DNA from: an uncultured Chryseobacterium sp.
GTDB taxonomy: Bacteria; Bacteroidota; Bacteroidia; Flavobacteriales_F; PHOS-HE28
Reading direction: 5' to 3'
NCBI GenBank assembly: GCA_964464935.1
Contig: CAYXKE010000007.1
Coordinates: 8,234-72,233, forward strand
DNA: 64,000 nucleotides
Part shown: positions 42,471 through 50,753 of the stretch, piece after piece
How positions within the stretch are numbered: the stretch's first letter is position 1
How the letters are laid out: each line of letters starts with the position of its first letter
Made by a program: the position numbers and the translations under genes
Notes under the pieces: generated by a model
The model's input: only the letters and a program-made list of their open reading frames with translations
Told to the model about the DNA's origin: nothing
Database searches by the model: none

Positions 42471-43772
42471 ATGCGGCCCCGTCTCCTTCGTCTGCTCCTT
42501 CCGAGCCTGGTATGGCTCGCTCCCGTGACCCTGTGGGCCCAGCCGTGCGACCCGCAATACCAGTCCGCCGGGCAGCAGTGCAATGATCAGCTGAACACCA
42601 TCACCACGGCGGTGCCCTTCCTGAACATCAGCCCCGACGCCCGCTCCGGCGGCATGGGCGATGCCGGTGTGGCCATCTCGCCCGATGCGAGCGCCATCCA
42701 CTGGAACCCCTCCAAGCTGGCCTTCGCCGAGAACGACGGCGAGTTCATCATGAGCTACAGCCCCTGGCTGCGCAACCTGGTGCCCGACATGAGCCTGGCC
42801 TACCTGGCCGGCTACAAGCGCCTGGCCAGCAAGCGCAGCACCGTGGGCGGCTCATTGCGGTACTTCAACCTGGGCAGCATCCTCTTCACGGACAACAACG
42901 GCAACGCCATCCGCGACTTCAAGCCCGCGGAATTCGCGGTGGACCTGGCCTTCGCGCAGAAGTTCAGCGACCGCATGTCGGGGGGCGTCGCCATCCGCTA
43001 CGTGAACAGCAACCTCACGGGTGGCATCAGTGTGCAGGGTGCCAACTCCAAGGCCGGGCAGACCGTGGCGGCCGACGTGTCGGCTTATTACGTGAACGAT
43101 GAGATGGTGGTGGGCGAACGCGACGCCACCCTGGCCCTGGGCATCAACATCTCGAACATCGGGGCCAAGATGTCCTACACGGAAACCGCCACGAAGGACT
43201 TCATCCCCATCAACCTGCGGCTGGGCCCCTCCTTCAAGATCGACCTGGACGAGTACAACAGCATCGCCTTGGCCTTCGACGTGAACAAACTGCTGGTGCC
43301 CACCCCGCCGGTGTACCTGCTTGACCAGAACAACGCCGTGGTGATCGACCCCGTGACGGGCCGTCCGGCCGTGGCCAGCGGCGTTGACCCGAACGTGGGC
43401 GTAGCCGCCGGCATGTTCGGCTCGTTCAGCGATGCGCCCGGCAACGTGAGCTACGACCAGAACGGCAACGTGGTGGTGGAAGCGGGCAGCCGCCTGCGCG
43501 AGGAACTGCGCGAGATCAACCTGGCCGGCGGCTTCGAGTACTGGTACGCCGAGCAGTTCGCCTTCCGCGCCGGCTACTTCTGGGAGCACTACACCAAGGG
43601 CAACCGCAAGTACTTCACGCTCGGCGCCGGGGTGCGCTACAGCATGTTCTCGCTCGACCTGAGCTACCTGATCGCCAACGCACAGCGCAGCCCCCTGGCC
43701 AACACCCTGCGTTTCTCGCTGGGCTTCCGTTTCAACGAAGGCAGCGGACGTAAGAAGGAGAGTGGCGAATGA
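42471..43772 (+). CDS. porV: Type IX secretion system outer-membrane shuttle protein PorV (LptO)
   Basis: ITTAVPFLNISPDARSGGMGDAGVA...AIHWNPSKLAF is the PorV signature. It lies immediately downstream of porU. Confidence 0.92.
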   Translation: MRPRLLRLLLPSLVWLAPVTLWAQPCDPQYQSAGQQCNDQLNTITTAVPFLNISPDARSGGMGDAGVAISPDASAIHWNPSKLAFAENDGEFIMSYSPWLRNLVPDMSLAYLAGYKRLASKRSTVGGSLRYFNLGSILFTDNNGNAIRDFKPAEFAVDLAFAQKFSDRMSGGVAIRYVNSNLTGGISVQGANSKAGQTVAADVSAYYVNDEMVVGERDATLALGINISNIGAKMSYTETATKDFIPINLRLGPSFKIDLDEYNSIALAFDVNKLLVPTPPVYLLDQNNAVVIDPVTGRPAVASGVDPNVGVAAGMFGSFSDAPGNVSYDQNGNVVVEAGSRLREELREINLAGGFEYWYAEQFAFRAGYFWEHYTKGNRKYFTLGAGVRYSMFSLDLSYLIANAQRSPLANTLRFSLGFRFNEGSGRKKESGE

Positions 43773-44251
43773 CGGGCTGGCGCATCGGGTTCGGCTACGA
43801 CGTGCATCGCTTCGCTCCCGACCGCGAACTCTGGCTGGGCGGTGTGCGCATCCCCCACACACAGGGCCTCATGGGCCACTCGGACGCCGACGTGCTGCTG
43901 CACGCCATTTCTGATGCCCTGCTGGGCGCCGTGGCCATGGGCGACATCGGCACCCACTTCCCCGATACCGATCCGCAGTGGAAAGGCGCTGACAGCAAGA
44001 AGCTGCTGGCGGCCGTGGTGCGATCGCTGCACGATGCCGGATGGCGCGTGGGCAACGTGGATTGCACCCTGGTGATGGAACGCCCCAAGGTGCTGCCCCA
44101 CGCCCCGGCCATGCGCCAGGTGATCGCCGGGCTGCTGCAGGTGGACATCGATGCCGTGAGCATCAAGGCCACCACCAACGAACGGATGGGCTTCGTGGGC
44201 CGCGATGAGGGCGCCTGCGCCCATGCGGTGGCATTGGTCCACCGGGCCTGA
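43769..44251 (+). CDS. ispF: 2-C-methyl-D-erythritol 2,4-cyclodiphosphate synthase
   Basis: RIGFGYDVHRF...GHSDADVLLHAISDALLGA...GDIG..FPDTD. The ATG overlaps the porV stop (ATGA). Confidence 0.95.
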   Translation: MTGWRIGFGYDVHRFAPDRELWLGGVRIPHTQGLMGHSDADVLLHAISDALLGAVAMGDIGTHFPDTDPQWKGADSKKLLAAVVRSLHDAGWRVGNVDCTLVMERPKVLPHAPAMRQVIAGLLQVDIDAVSIKATTNERMGFVGRDEGACAHAVALVHRA

Positions 44252-44259
44252 GGCCGATA

Positions 44260-44910
44260 TCAATCGTCGCCGTCGTCGCTGGTCCCCTCCATGAAGCTGG
44301 GGTGGTCCTGCTCGTCCTCGTAGTAGAACACCCGCATGCGCACCGTGTCCCGCAGCAGGTCGATCCGCCCCACTTCCACGCGCGAGATCCGCACGCCCAT
44401 GCGCGCATGCAGGTCGCTGAACAGCGCCTCGCGGTTCTCCGGCTTGAGCAGCTCCGGACGGTCGTAGATCATCTCGCGCATGGCCTCGTGGCGCGTGAGC
44501 CAGAGGTGCTCCAGCGTGTAAGTGACCACCAGGATCATGAAGTCGGTGAAGAGGAGCTCGGCGATGCTGATCTTCTTGCTCGCCAGCGAGTTGATCACCG
44601 CAATGGTGATCACGGCGAACAAGTACGTCATGTCCTTGATGCTGATCTGCTCGGTGCGGTAGCGCAACACGCCGAAAATGGCGAAGAGGCCGAAGGCGAA
44701 ACCGATGCTCAGCTTCACACTGTTGAGCAGCACGCAGAGGAAGAAGATGAGGATGTTGAAGACGAAGTAGGTGAAGAGGTAGTCCTTCTTCCGGTGGATC
44801 GGGTAGTAGATCAAGCGGATCAGCACGAACAACACGGCGAGGTCGATGCTGAACTTGAACAGCAGCTCCCACATGTCATCGTGGAAGACGGGCATACCGA
44901 AAACCTTCAT
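44260..44910 (-). CDS. DUF4956 domain-containing membrane protein
   Basis: Four to five TM helices (FSIDLAVLFVLIRLIYY, YFVFNILIFFLCVLL, FAFGLFAIFGVLRYR, LFAVITIAVIN), followed by a soluble domain and an acidic tail EGTSDDGDD. Confidence 0.75.
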   Translation of the reverse strand: MKVFGMPVFHDDMWELLFKFSIDLAVLFVLIRLIYYPIHRKKDYLFTYFVFNILIFFLCVLLNSVKLSIGFAFGLFAIFGVLRYRTEQISIKDMTYLFAVITIAVINSLASKKISIAELLFTDFMILVVTYTLEHLWLTRHEAMREMIYDRPELLKPENREALFSDLHARMGVRISRVEVGRIDLLRDTVRMRVFYYEDEQDHPSFMEGTSDDGDD

Positions 44911-44928
44911 CTTTCCTTGGTCTTGCTA

Positions 44929-45681
44929 TCAGGCGGCGCGGCGGATGCGGTCCAACATCCGGAGCACAGGTTTGAACGCGTTGGGCTTCACGGGGCGCTC
45001 GAGCATGAGCATGCCCACGCAATACTTGCTCATGCCCGCGGGACGGATCCCGCGCTTGCGCATGACCATGGCGAAGGGCGAGTTGCGGTCGGCCCGGCTG
45101 GCCTTGAGCTCGGCCACCACCACATCGCCCAGCGGCCGCTCCACCCCGTCCCACATGAATCGCAGGTCGAGGTCGATGGTGAGGCGCTCCGGGCGGGTGC
45201 GGTGCACCAGCGTGTAGCGCGTGAAGCTGTTCCAAAGCACGGGGCGCAGGTCCTCATCACGCCCCACGGCCTTGCGCACGAAGGCGAGGTGTTCGGCCGT
45301 GGGTCGCGGCGGGATGGCGTCGATGCGCTTGCGCGACTTCTTCGTGTCGCCGCGGCCGGTCTTGCGCTTCACCTCCAGGTAGGTCAGGCCGCTGCCGATG
45401 TACTCCCGGTAGCGCACCTTGTTGCGGAAGGTGCGCTTGTTGTGGTGGTCGTGGTAGTGCTTCAGCTCCGGCGTATCGAGGTAGAGCGAGCGGTACGACG
45501 TGCCCCGTACACCGTCCACCACCAGCAGGCGGTACTCGGGCAGCAGCTCCTCCAGCACCTCGGCCAGTACCTGGGTGGACAGCACGTACTTGGTGTCCGT
45601 GCGGTCCAGCAGGGCCACCGCGTCCATTTCCTCCAGGGAGATGGGCGCGAAGCGGTCGATGACGGGGGCAGGCAGGGGCAT
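44929..45681 (-). CDS. VTC / polyphosphate polymerase domain-containing protein (CYTH-like tunnel fold)
   Basis: RFAPISLEEMDAVALLDRTDTKYVL...YRSLYLDTP...KVRYREY...YLEVKRK matches bacterial VTC-domain proteins as I recall them. The ATG at 45681 is preferred over the GTG at 45723. Confidence 0.7.
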   Translation of the reverse strand: MPLPAPVIDRFAPISLEEMDAVALLDRTDTKYVLSTQVLAEVLEELLPEYRLLVVDGVRGTSYRSLYLDTPELKHYHDHHNKRTFRNKVRYREYIGSGLTYLEVKRKTGRGDTKKSRKRIDAIPPRPTAEHLAFVRKAVGRDEDLRPVLWNSFTRYTLVHRTRPERLTIDLDLRFMWDGVERPLGDVVVAELKASRADRNSPFAMVMRKRGIRPAGMSKYCVGMLMLERPVKPNAFKPVLRMLDRIRRAA

Positions 45682-45767
45682 GCGCAAGTGGCCAAAGCTA
45701 TGGAACCCGCGTTTGTACACCACGGCAGTGGGCGCTACCGCCTACCTTGGCGCCGACTTGCGATATC

Positions 45768-46253
45768 ATGCCGTCCATCGAGACCATCGCCATCACCATC
45801 ACCCGGTACCCGCAGGTGACCGACCTTGACCCGGCCGATCAGGAGCTGGTGCACCAGGCCGTTGCCGCAGCAGGCCGGGCCTATGCCCCCTATTCGCACT
45901 TCCCGGTGGGCGCAGCCCTGCGCCTTTCCGACGGACGCACGGTGACGGGCAACAACCAGGAGAACGCCGCGTTCCCCGCCGGCACGTGCGCCGAGCGCAC
46001 CGCCCTGCACGCGATCATGAGCGCCGAGCCGGGTGCCGTGGTGCGGGCCATCGCCATCGCAGCGCCGCGCTCCCAGGGCGAGCGGCCCGTTCCTCCCTGC
46101 GGCATCTGCCGCCAGGCCCTGGCGGAGCAGGAGCAGCGCCAGGATGCCCCCCTGCGTGTGCTGCTGGCCGCACCCGACGGCAGCGTGCACACCTTGACCA
46201 GTGCCGCCGACCTGCTGCCGCTGGCCTTCGGCGCCGGGCATATGCGCCCGTAG
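45768..46253 (+). CDS. cdd: Cytidine deaminase
   Basis: APYSHFPVGAA...NNQENAAFPAGTCAERTAL...PCGICRQAL carries the zinc-binding CAE / PCxxC motifs. The ATG is at 45768; the track start at 45747 is TTG. Confidence 0.9.
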   Translation: MPSIETIAITITRYPQVTDLDPADQELVHQAVAAAGRAYAPYSHFPVGAALRLSDGRTVTGNNQENAAFPAGTCAERTALHAIMSAEPGAVVRAIAIAAPRSQGERPVPPCGICRQALAEQEQRQDAPLRVLLAAPDGSVHTLTSAADLLPLAFGAGHMRP

Positions 46254-46282
46254 CACAGGCCTTCCGGCCGCAGGACCACGGC

Positions 46283-46290
46283 TATATTTG
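46283..46290 (+). promoter_or_regulatory. Perfect -7 box TATATTTG upstream of pdhA
   Basis: GGCTATATTTGCCGCTCC, 43 nt before the ATG at 46334. Confidence 0.5.
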
Positions 46291-46333
46291 CCGCTCCACC
46301 CTACCACCGAGCGCTTCACACACCGCACCCCGT

Positions 46334-47362
46334 ATGAGCACCAGGACCGCCGCCGCCGGCAAAGCGAGGAAGACCACCCCGTTCGATCAGCAGACCTATC
46401 TGCGCTGGTTCAAGGAAATGATCCTCATGCGGCGTTTCGAGGAGAAGGCCGGCCAGCTCTACACCATGCAGAAGTTCGGTGGGTTCTGCCACCTGTACAT
46501 CGGGCAGGAGGCCGTGCTCGCCGGCATGATCACCGCCGTGCGCCCCACCGACCGCTTCATCACGGGCTATCGCGACCACGCCCACCCGCTGGTGCTGGGC
46601 ATGCCCGCCAAACACGTCATGGCGGAGCTCTTCGGCCGCATCACCGGCAGCAGCAAGGGCAAGGGCGGCAGCATGCACTACTTCGACAAGACGCGCAACC
46701 TCTTCGGCGGCCACGGCATCGTGGGCGGGCAGATCGGACTGGGCGCGGGCATCGCCTTCGCCGACAAGTACCGCGGCGAGGACCATGTGACGCTCACCTT
46801 CATGGGCGATGGAGCGGTGCGCCAGGGCCTGCTCCACGAGACCTTCAACATGGCCATGACCTGGAAGCTCCCGGTGGTGTTCATCATCGAGAACAACAAG
46901 TACGCGATGGGCACCAGCGTGGAGCGCACCACCAACATGCACGACCTGAGCACCCTGGGCCTGAGCTACGGCATGCCCGCTCGGAGCGTGGACGGCATGC
47001 GCTGCGAGGACGTGCACCAGGCCATTGCCGAGGCCACCGCCCATGCACGCGCCGGCAATGGCCCCTACCTGCTGGACATCCGCACCTACCGGTACAAGGG
47101 CCACAGCATGAGCGACCCGCAGAAGTACCGCACCAAGGAGGAGCTCGAAGCCTACAAGGGCCAGGACCCGATCGACCACGTGCGCGCCACCCTGATCCAG
47201 CACAAGTGGGCCACCGAGGCCGAGCTCGACGCGATCGACGAGGCGGCGAAGAAGGAGGTGGAGGAGGCGGTGAAGTTCGCCGAGGAAAGCCCCGCGCCGC
47301 CCGTGGACGAGTTGTACAACGACGTGTACTTCCAGAAGGACTACCCCTTCCTGAAGGACTGA
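46334..47362 (+). CDS. pdhA: Pyruvate dehydrogenase (acetyl-transferring) E1 component, alpha subunit
   Basis: LRWFKEMILMRRFEEKAGQLY...GFCHLYIGQEA...GDGAVRQG...YRYKGHSMSDP. 342 aa from the ATG at 46334. Confidence 0.92.
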   Translation: MSTRTAAAGKARKTTPFDQQTYLRWFKEMILMRRFEEKAGQLYTMQKFGGFCHLYIGQEAVLAGMITAVRPTDRFITGYRDHAHPLVLGMPAKHVMAELFGRITGSSKGKGGSMHYFDKTRNLFGGHGIVGGQIGLGAGIAFADKYRGEDHVTLTFMGDGAVRQGLLHETFNMAMTWKLPVVFIIENNKYAMGTSVERTTNMHDLSTLGLSYGMPARSVDGMRCEDVHQAIAEATAHARAGNGPYLLDIRTYRYKGHSMSDPQKYRTKEELEAYKGQDPIDHVRATLIQHKWATEAELDAIDEAAKKEVEEAVKFAEESPAPPVDELYNDVYFQKDYPFLKD

Positions 47363-47395
47363 CCAATACCCGCACCGGGACGCGGTGCAACCATC

Positions 47396-48679
47396 ATGGC
47401 AGAGATCGTACGCATGCCCAAGCTCAGCGACACCATGACCGAAGGGGTCGTGAGCGCGTGGCATAAGAAGGTGGGCGACACGGTGAAGAGCGGCGAAGTG
47501 CTGGCCGAGATCGAGACCGACAAGGCCACCATGGAGTTCGAGAGCTTCACCGACGGTGTGCTGCTGCACATCGGCGTGGAGAAGGGCAAGGCCGCGCCCG
47601 TGGACAGCGTGCTGGCGATCCTGGGCAAGGCCGGTGAGGACATCAGCGCCCTGCTGGCCGCCGAAGCCGCCCCACCCGCCGCGGCCGAGGCACCCCGGGC
47701 CGCTGAGCCCGCCAAGGCCCCCGAGCCCGCAGCGGAACCCGCTCCCGCACCGGTCAAGACCGAACGGCCCGATCGGGCGCAGGCCACTGCGCCCGCCCCG
47801 CGCCCTGCGCCCCGCACCGCACCCGCCGACGGCCGCATCACCGCGAGCCCCCTGGCCCGGCGACTGGCCGAGGAGAAAGGCATCGACCTGGCCCGCGTCC
47901 ATGGCACCGGCCCCGATGGCCGCATCACCAAGCGCGACATCGAGCAGTTCAGCGCCGGTGGCTTTGCCCCCGCACCGCAGATCGAATCGTTCCAAGAGGT
48001 GCCCGTGACCCAGATGCGCAAGACCATCGCGCGCCGTCTGGCCGAAAGCAAGTTCAGCGCCCCGCACTTCTACCTCACCATCACCCTCGACATGGACCGG
48101 GCGATGGCCGTGCGCGAGTCCATCAACAAGGCCATCGCACCGGCGAAGATCAGCTTCAACGACCTGGTGATCAAGGCCGCCGCCCGCGCACTGAAGCAGC
48201 ACCCCGCCGTGAACAGCGCATGGCTGGGCGACCGCATCCGCATCAACGAGCACGTGCATGTGGGTGTGGCCGTGGCCGTGGAGGAAGGGCTGCTGGTGCC
48301 CGTGGTGCGCTTCGCCGACACCAAGCCGCTGCGCACCATCGGTGAGGAGGTGCGCGACTTCGCCAAGCGCGCCAAGGAAAAGAAGCTGCAGCCCGCCGAC
48401 TGGGAGGGCAACACCTTCACCATCTCCAACCTGGGCATGTTCGGCATCGAGGAATTCACGGCGATCATCAACCCGCCCGATGCGTGCATCATGGCCGTGG
48501 GCGCCATCGTGCAGCAGCCGGTGGTGCGCGACGGCCAGATCGTTCCGGGCCACACGATGAAGGTGACCCTGAGCTGTGACCACCGCGTGGTGGACGGCGC
48601 CACGGGTGCGGCGTTCCTGGCCACCTTCCGCCACTACATGGAGGAACCCGCGCTCCTGCTGGGCGAAGCCGCGATCTAG
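47396..48679 (+). CDS. Pyruvate dehydrogenase complex dihydrolipoamide acetyltransferase (E2)
   Basis: Lipoyl domain (AEIETDKATMEFES), Ala/Pro linker, E3-binding domain (ASPLARRLAEEKGIDL), and catalytic domain with DHRVVDG. Confidence 0.92.
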   Translation: MAEIVRMPKLSDTMTEGVVSAWHKKVGDTVKSGEVLAEIETDKATMEFESFTDGVLLHIGVEKGKAAPVDSVLAILGKAGEDISALLAAEAAPPAAAEAPRAAEPAKAPEPAAEPAPAPVKTERPDRAQATAPAPRPAPRTAPADGRITASPLARRLAEEKGIDLARVHGTGPDGRITKRDIEQFSAGGFAPAPQIESFQEVPVTQMRKTIARRLAESKFSAPHFYLTITLDMDRAMAVRESINKAIAPAKISFNDLVIKAAARALKQHPAVNSAWLGDRIRINEHVHVGVAVAVEEGLLVPVVRFADTKPLRTIGEEVRDFAKRAKEKKLQPADWEGNTFTISNLGMFGIEEFTAIINPPDACIMAVGAIVQQPVVRDGQIVPGHTMKVTLSCDHRVVDGATGAAFLATFRHYMEEPALLLGEAAI

Positions 48680-48689
48680 TGAGCGGCCC

Positions 48690-49964
48690 ATGTCCCGCCT
48701 GCTGATCACCCGCGCCAAGGCCTTGGTGGGCACCCATGCCCCCGGTGTGCCCCATGTGGCGGGCCCGGCGATGGCCCAGGTGCCCCTGATCGAGGACGCG
48801 TGGCTGCTGGCCGAGGAAGGCCGCATCACCGCCATGGGGCCCATGCGCGAAGCCCCGCCCACCGACACGGCGGGCCTCACCGTGATCGATGCCAGCGGCC
48901 GCTACGTGCTGCCGGCCTGGTGCGACCCCCACACGCACACCGTGTTCGCCGCGCCGCGCGAGGCCGAGTTCGTGGACAAGATCCGCGGGCTGAGCTACCA
49001 GGAGATCGCCACCCGTGGCGGCGGCATCCTCAACAGCGCCGCACGCCTGCGCCACATGGACGAGGACACGCTCTTCGCCCACGCCCATGAACGCCTGCAA
49101 CGCATGATGCGCATGGGCACGGGCGCCATCGAGATCAAGAGCGGATACGGCCTGTCGCTGGAGAGCGAACTGAAGATGCTGCGCGTGGTGCGTCGGCTGA
49201 AGGAGGCCCTGCCCCTGCCGATCAAAGCCACACTGCTCGCCGCGCACGCCCTGCCGCCCGAGTTCAAGGACGACCGCACCGCCTATGTCGACATGATCGT
49301 GCGCGAACTGGTGCCGTGCGTGGCCGCAGAGGGGCTGGCCGATCACGTGGACGTGTTCTGCGAGACCAACTACTTCACGGTGGCCGAGATGGAACGTGTG
49401 CTGGAGGCCGGTTCGAAGCACGGTCTGTCGGGAAAGGTGCACGTGAACCAGTTCACCAGCATCGGCGGGATCCCGGCCGCCATAGCGTACGGCGCGCTGA
49501 GCGTGGACCATCTGGAGGTGATGACGGACGCCGACATCGAGGCGCTGGGCACCGCATGGCGCAACCATGGTCGGGGGCCCTACCCCACCCTGCTGCCGTC
49601 GTGCTCGTTCTTCCTCCGCATTCCGTACGCCCCCGCGCGCCGGCTCATCGACCAAGGCCTGCCGGTGGCCCTCGCCACGGACCTCAACCCGGGCACCACG
49701 CCCAGCGGCAACATGAACCTGGTGTGGTCGCTGGCCTGCATCCAACTGCGCATGCTGCCGGAGGAGGCCTTCCATGCGCTGACGCTGAACGCCGCCGCCG
49801 CCATGGGCCTGGCCCACGAGGTGGGCAGCATCACCCCTGGCAAACGGGCCAACCTCATCATCACCCGGCCGGTGCCCTCGCTGGCCTACATGCCCTACGC
49901 ATTTGGCGACGGCCACGTGGACACCGTGATCATCGATGGAAGACCGATCGACCGATCCCATTGA
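48690..49964 (+). CDS. hutI: Imidazolonepropionase
   Basis: CDPHTHTVFA...YQEIATRGGGI...IEIKSGYGL...DHL...ATDLNPG. ATG at 48690. Confidence 0.9.
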   Translation: MSRLLITRAKALVGTHAPGVPHVAGPAMAQVPLIEDAWLLAEEGRITAMGPMREAPPTDTAGLTVIDASGRYVLPAWCDPHTHTVFAAPREAEFVDKIRGLSYQEIATRGGGILNSAARLRHMDEDTLFAHAHERLQRMMRMGTGAIEIKSGYGLSLESELKMLRVVRRLKEALPLPIKATLLAAHALPPEFKDDRTAYVDMIVRELVPCVAAEGLADHVDVFCETNYFTVAEMERVLEAGSKHGLSGKVHVNQFTSIGGIPAAIAYGALSVDHLEVMTDADIEALGTAWRNHGRGPYPTLLPSCSFFLRIPYAPARRLIDQGLPVALATDLNPGTTPSGNMNLVWSLACIQLRMLPEEAFHALTLNAAAAMGLAHEVGSITPGKRANLIITRPVPSLAYMPYAFGDGHVDTVIIDGRPIDRSH

Positions 49965-50709
49965 ACCCACCATCACCCGGCCACCGGGGTTGGAGTTCAC
50001 CGTGGGCGTGGCCCTGTTCGGCCTCATCACCATGGTGTTCATGGTGCTGCAATCGGTGCTGTTCGTGCAGGGCGTGGTGGCCATGTCGCCCGAGCTGCAG
50101 GCCAAGGGCGGCGGGCTCTCCCTGCTGAGCGATCCCGCGCTGCGGGCCCGGATGAACGAACTGCTCTACCACGGCGACCTGGCCGCGCGGCAGGCGCTGT
50201 GGAGCGGGCTGGGCGCACTGGTGCTGCTGCTCGTGGCCGTGCGCGGGTGGAAGCGCGGACGCACCGCCGGCTTCCTGGGTCTGCAGCGTCCCCTCACCGC
50301 ACCCACGCTGCGCTGGGCGCTCATCTTTCTGGGGCTCGTGCTGGTGGTGGAGGTCCTTTCCCACTTCCTCGATGTCTTCCACGCCCCCTTCATGGACCAG
50401 GTGCTGGCCACCAGCACGGACCGCATGTTGCTGCTGCTCGGTGTGGGCCTGATGGCGCCCATCTTCGAGGAGTTCCTGCTGCGCGGTCTGCTGTTGGGAT
50501 CGCTGCGCCACCTGGCCGACGAGCACCTTTCCGTGGCCGTCTCCGCCGGCATCTTCGCCGTGATGCACATGCAGTACAGCCCCTCGGTGATGCTGCTGGT
50601 GCTGGCCATGGGCGTGGTGCTGGGATACACCCGCACCCGCACCGGCAGCATCTGGCCCCCCGTGGTGCTGCACATGATCAACAATGTGCTCAGTGTAACG
50701 ATCAATTGA
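49936..50709 (+). CDS. CPBP-family intramembrane glutamic endopeptidase (CAAX protease-like)
   Basis: Multi-TM protein with the EEFLLRG motif, FAVMH, and a C-terminal HMINN. Overlaps the hutI 3' end by 29 nt. Confidence 0.75.
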   Translation: MEDRSTDPIEPTITRPPGLEFTVGVALFGLITMVFMVLQSVLFVQGVVAMSPELQAKGGGLSLLSDPALRARMNELLYHGDLAARQALWSGLGALVLLLVAVRGWKRGRTAGFLGLQRPLTAPTLRWALIFLGLVLVVEVLSHFLDVFHAPFMDQVLATSTDRMLLLLGVGLMAPIFEEFLLRGLLLGSLRHLADEHLSVAVSAGIFAVMHMQYSPSVMLLVLAMGVVLGYTRTRTGSIWPPVVLHMINNVLSVTIN

Positions 50710-50753
50710 CCAAACCTCCGGGCGATCGCATCGCCCGCAACGCCCTTTCCCCC

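Noticed and set aside
44260-44910. Apparent GC dip over the DUF4956 gene as evidence of horizontal transfer
   Set aside because: The dip is explained by the Phe/Ile/Lys/Tyr-rich membrane protein composition. There are no flanking repeats, integrase or tRNA, so I do not call it a mobile element.
50720-50736. Hairpin GGGCGAT-CGC-ATCGCCC between the CPBP gene and ftcD as a terminator
   Set aside because: The stem is only 7 bp with a 3-nt loop and lacks a proper U-tract (it is followed by GCAACGCCCTTTCC). That is too weak to call.
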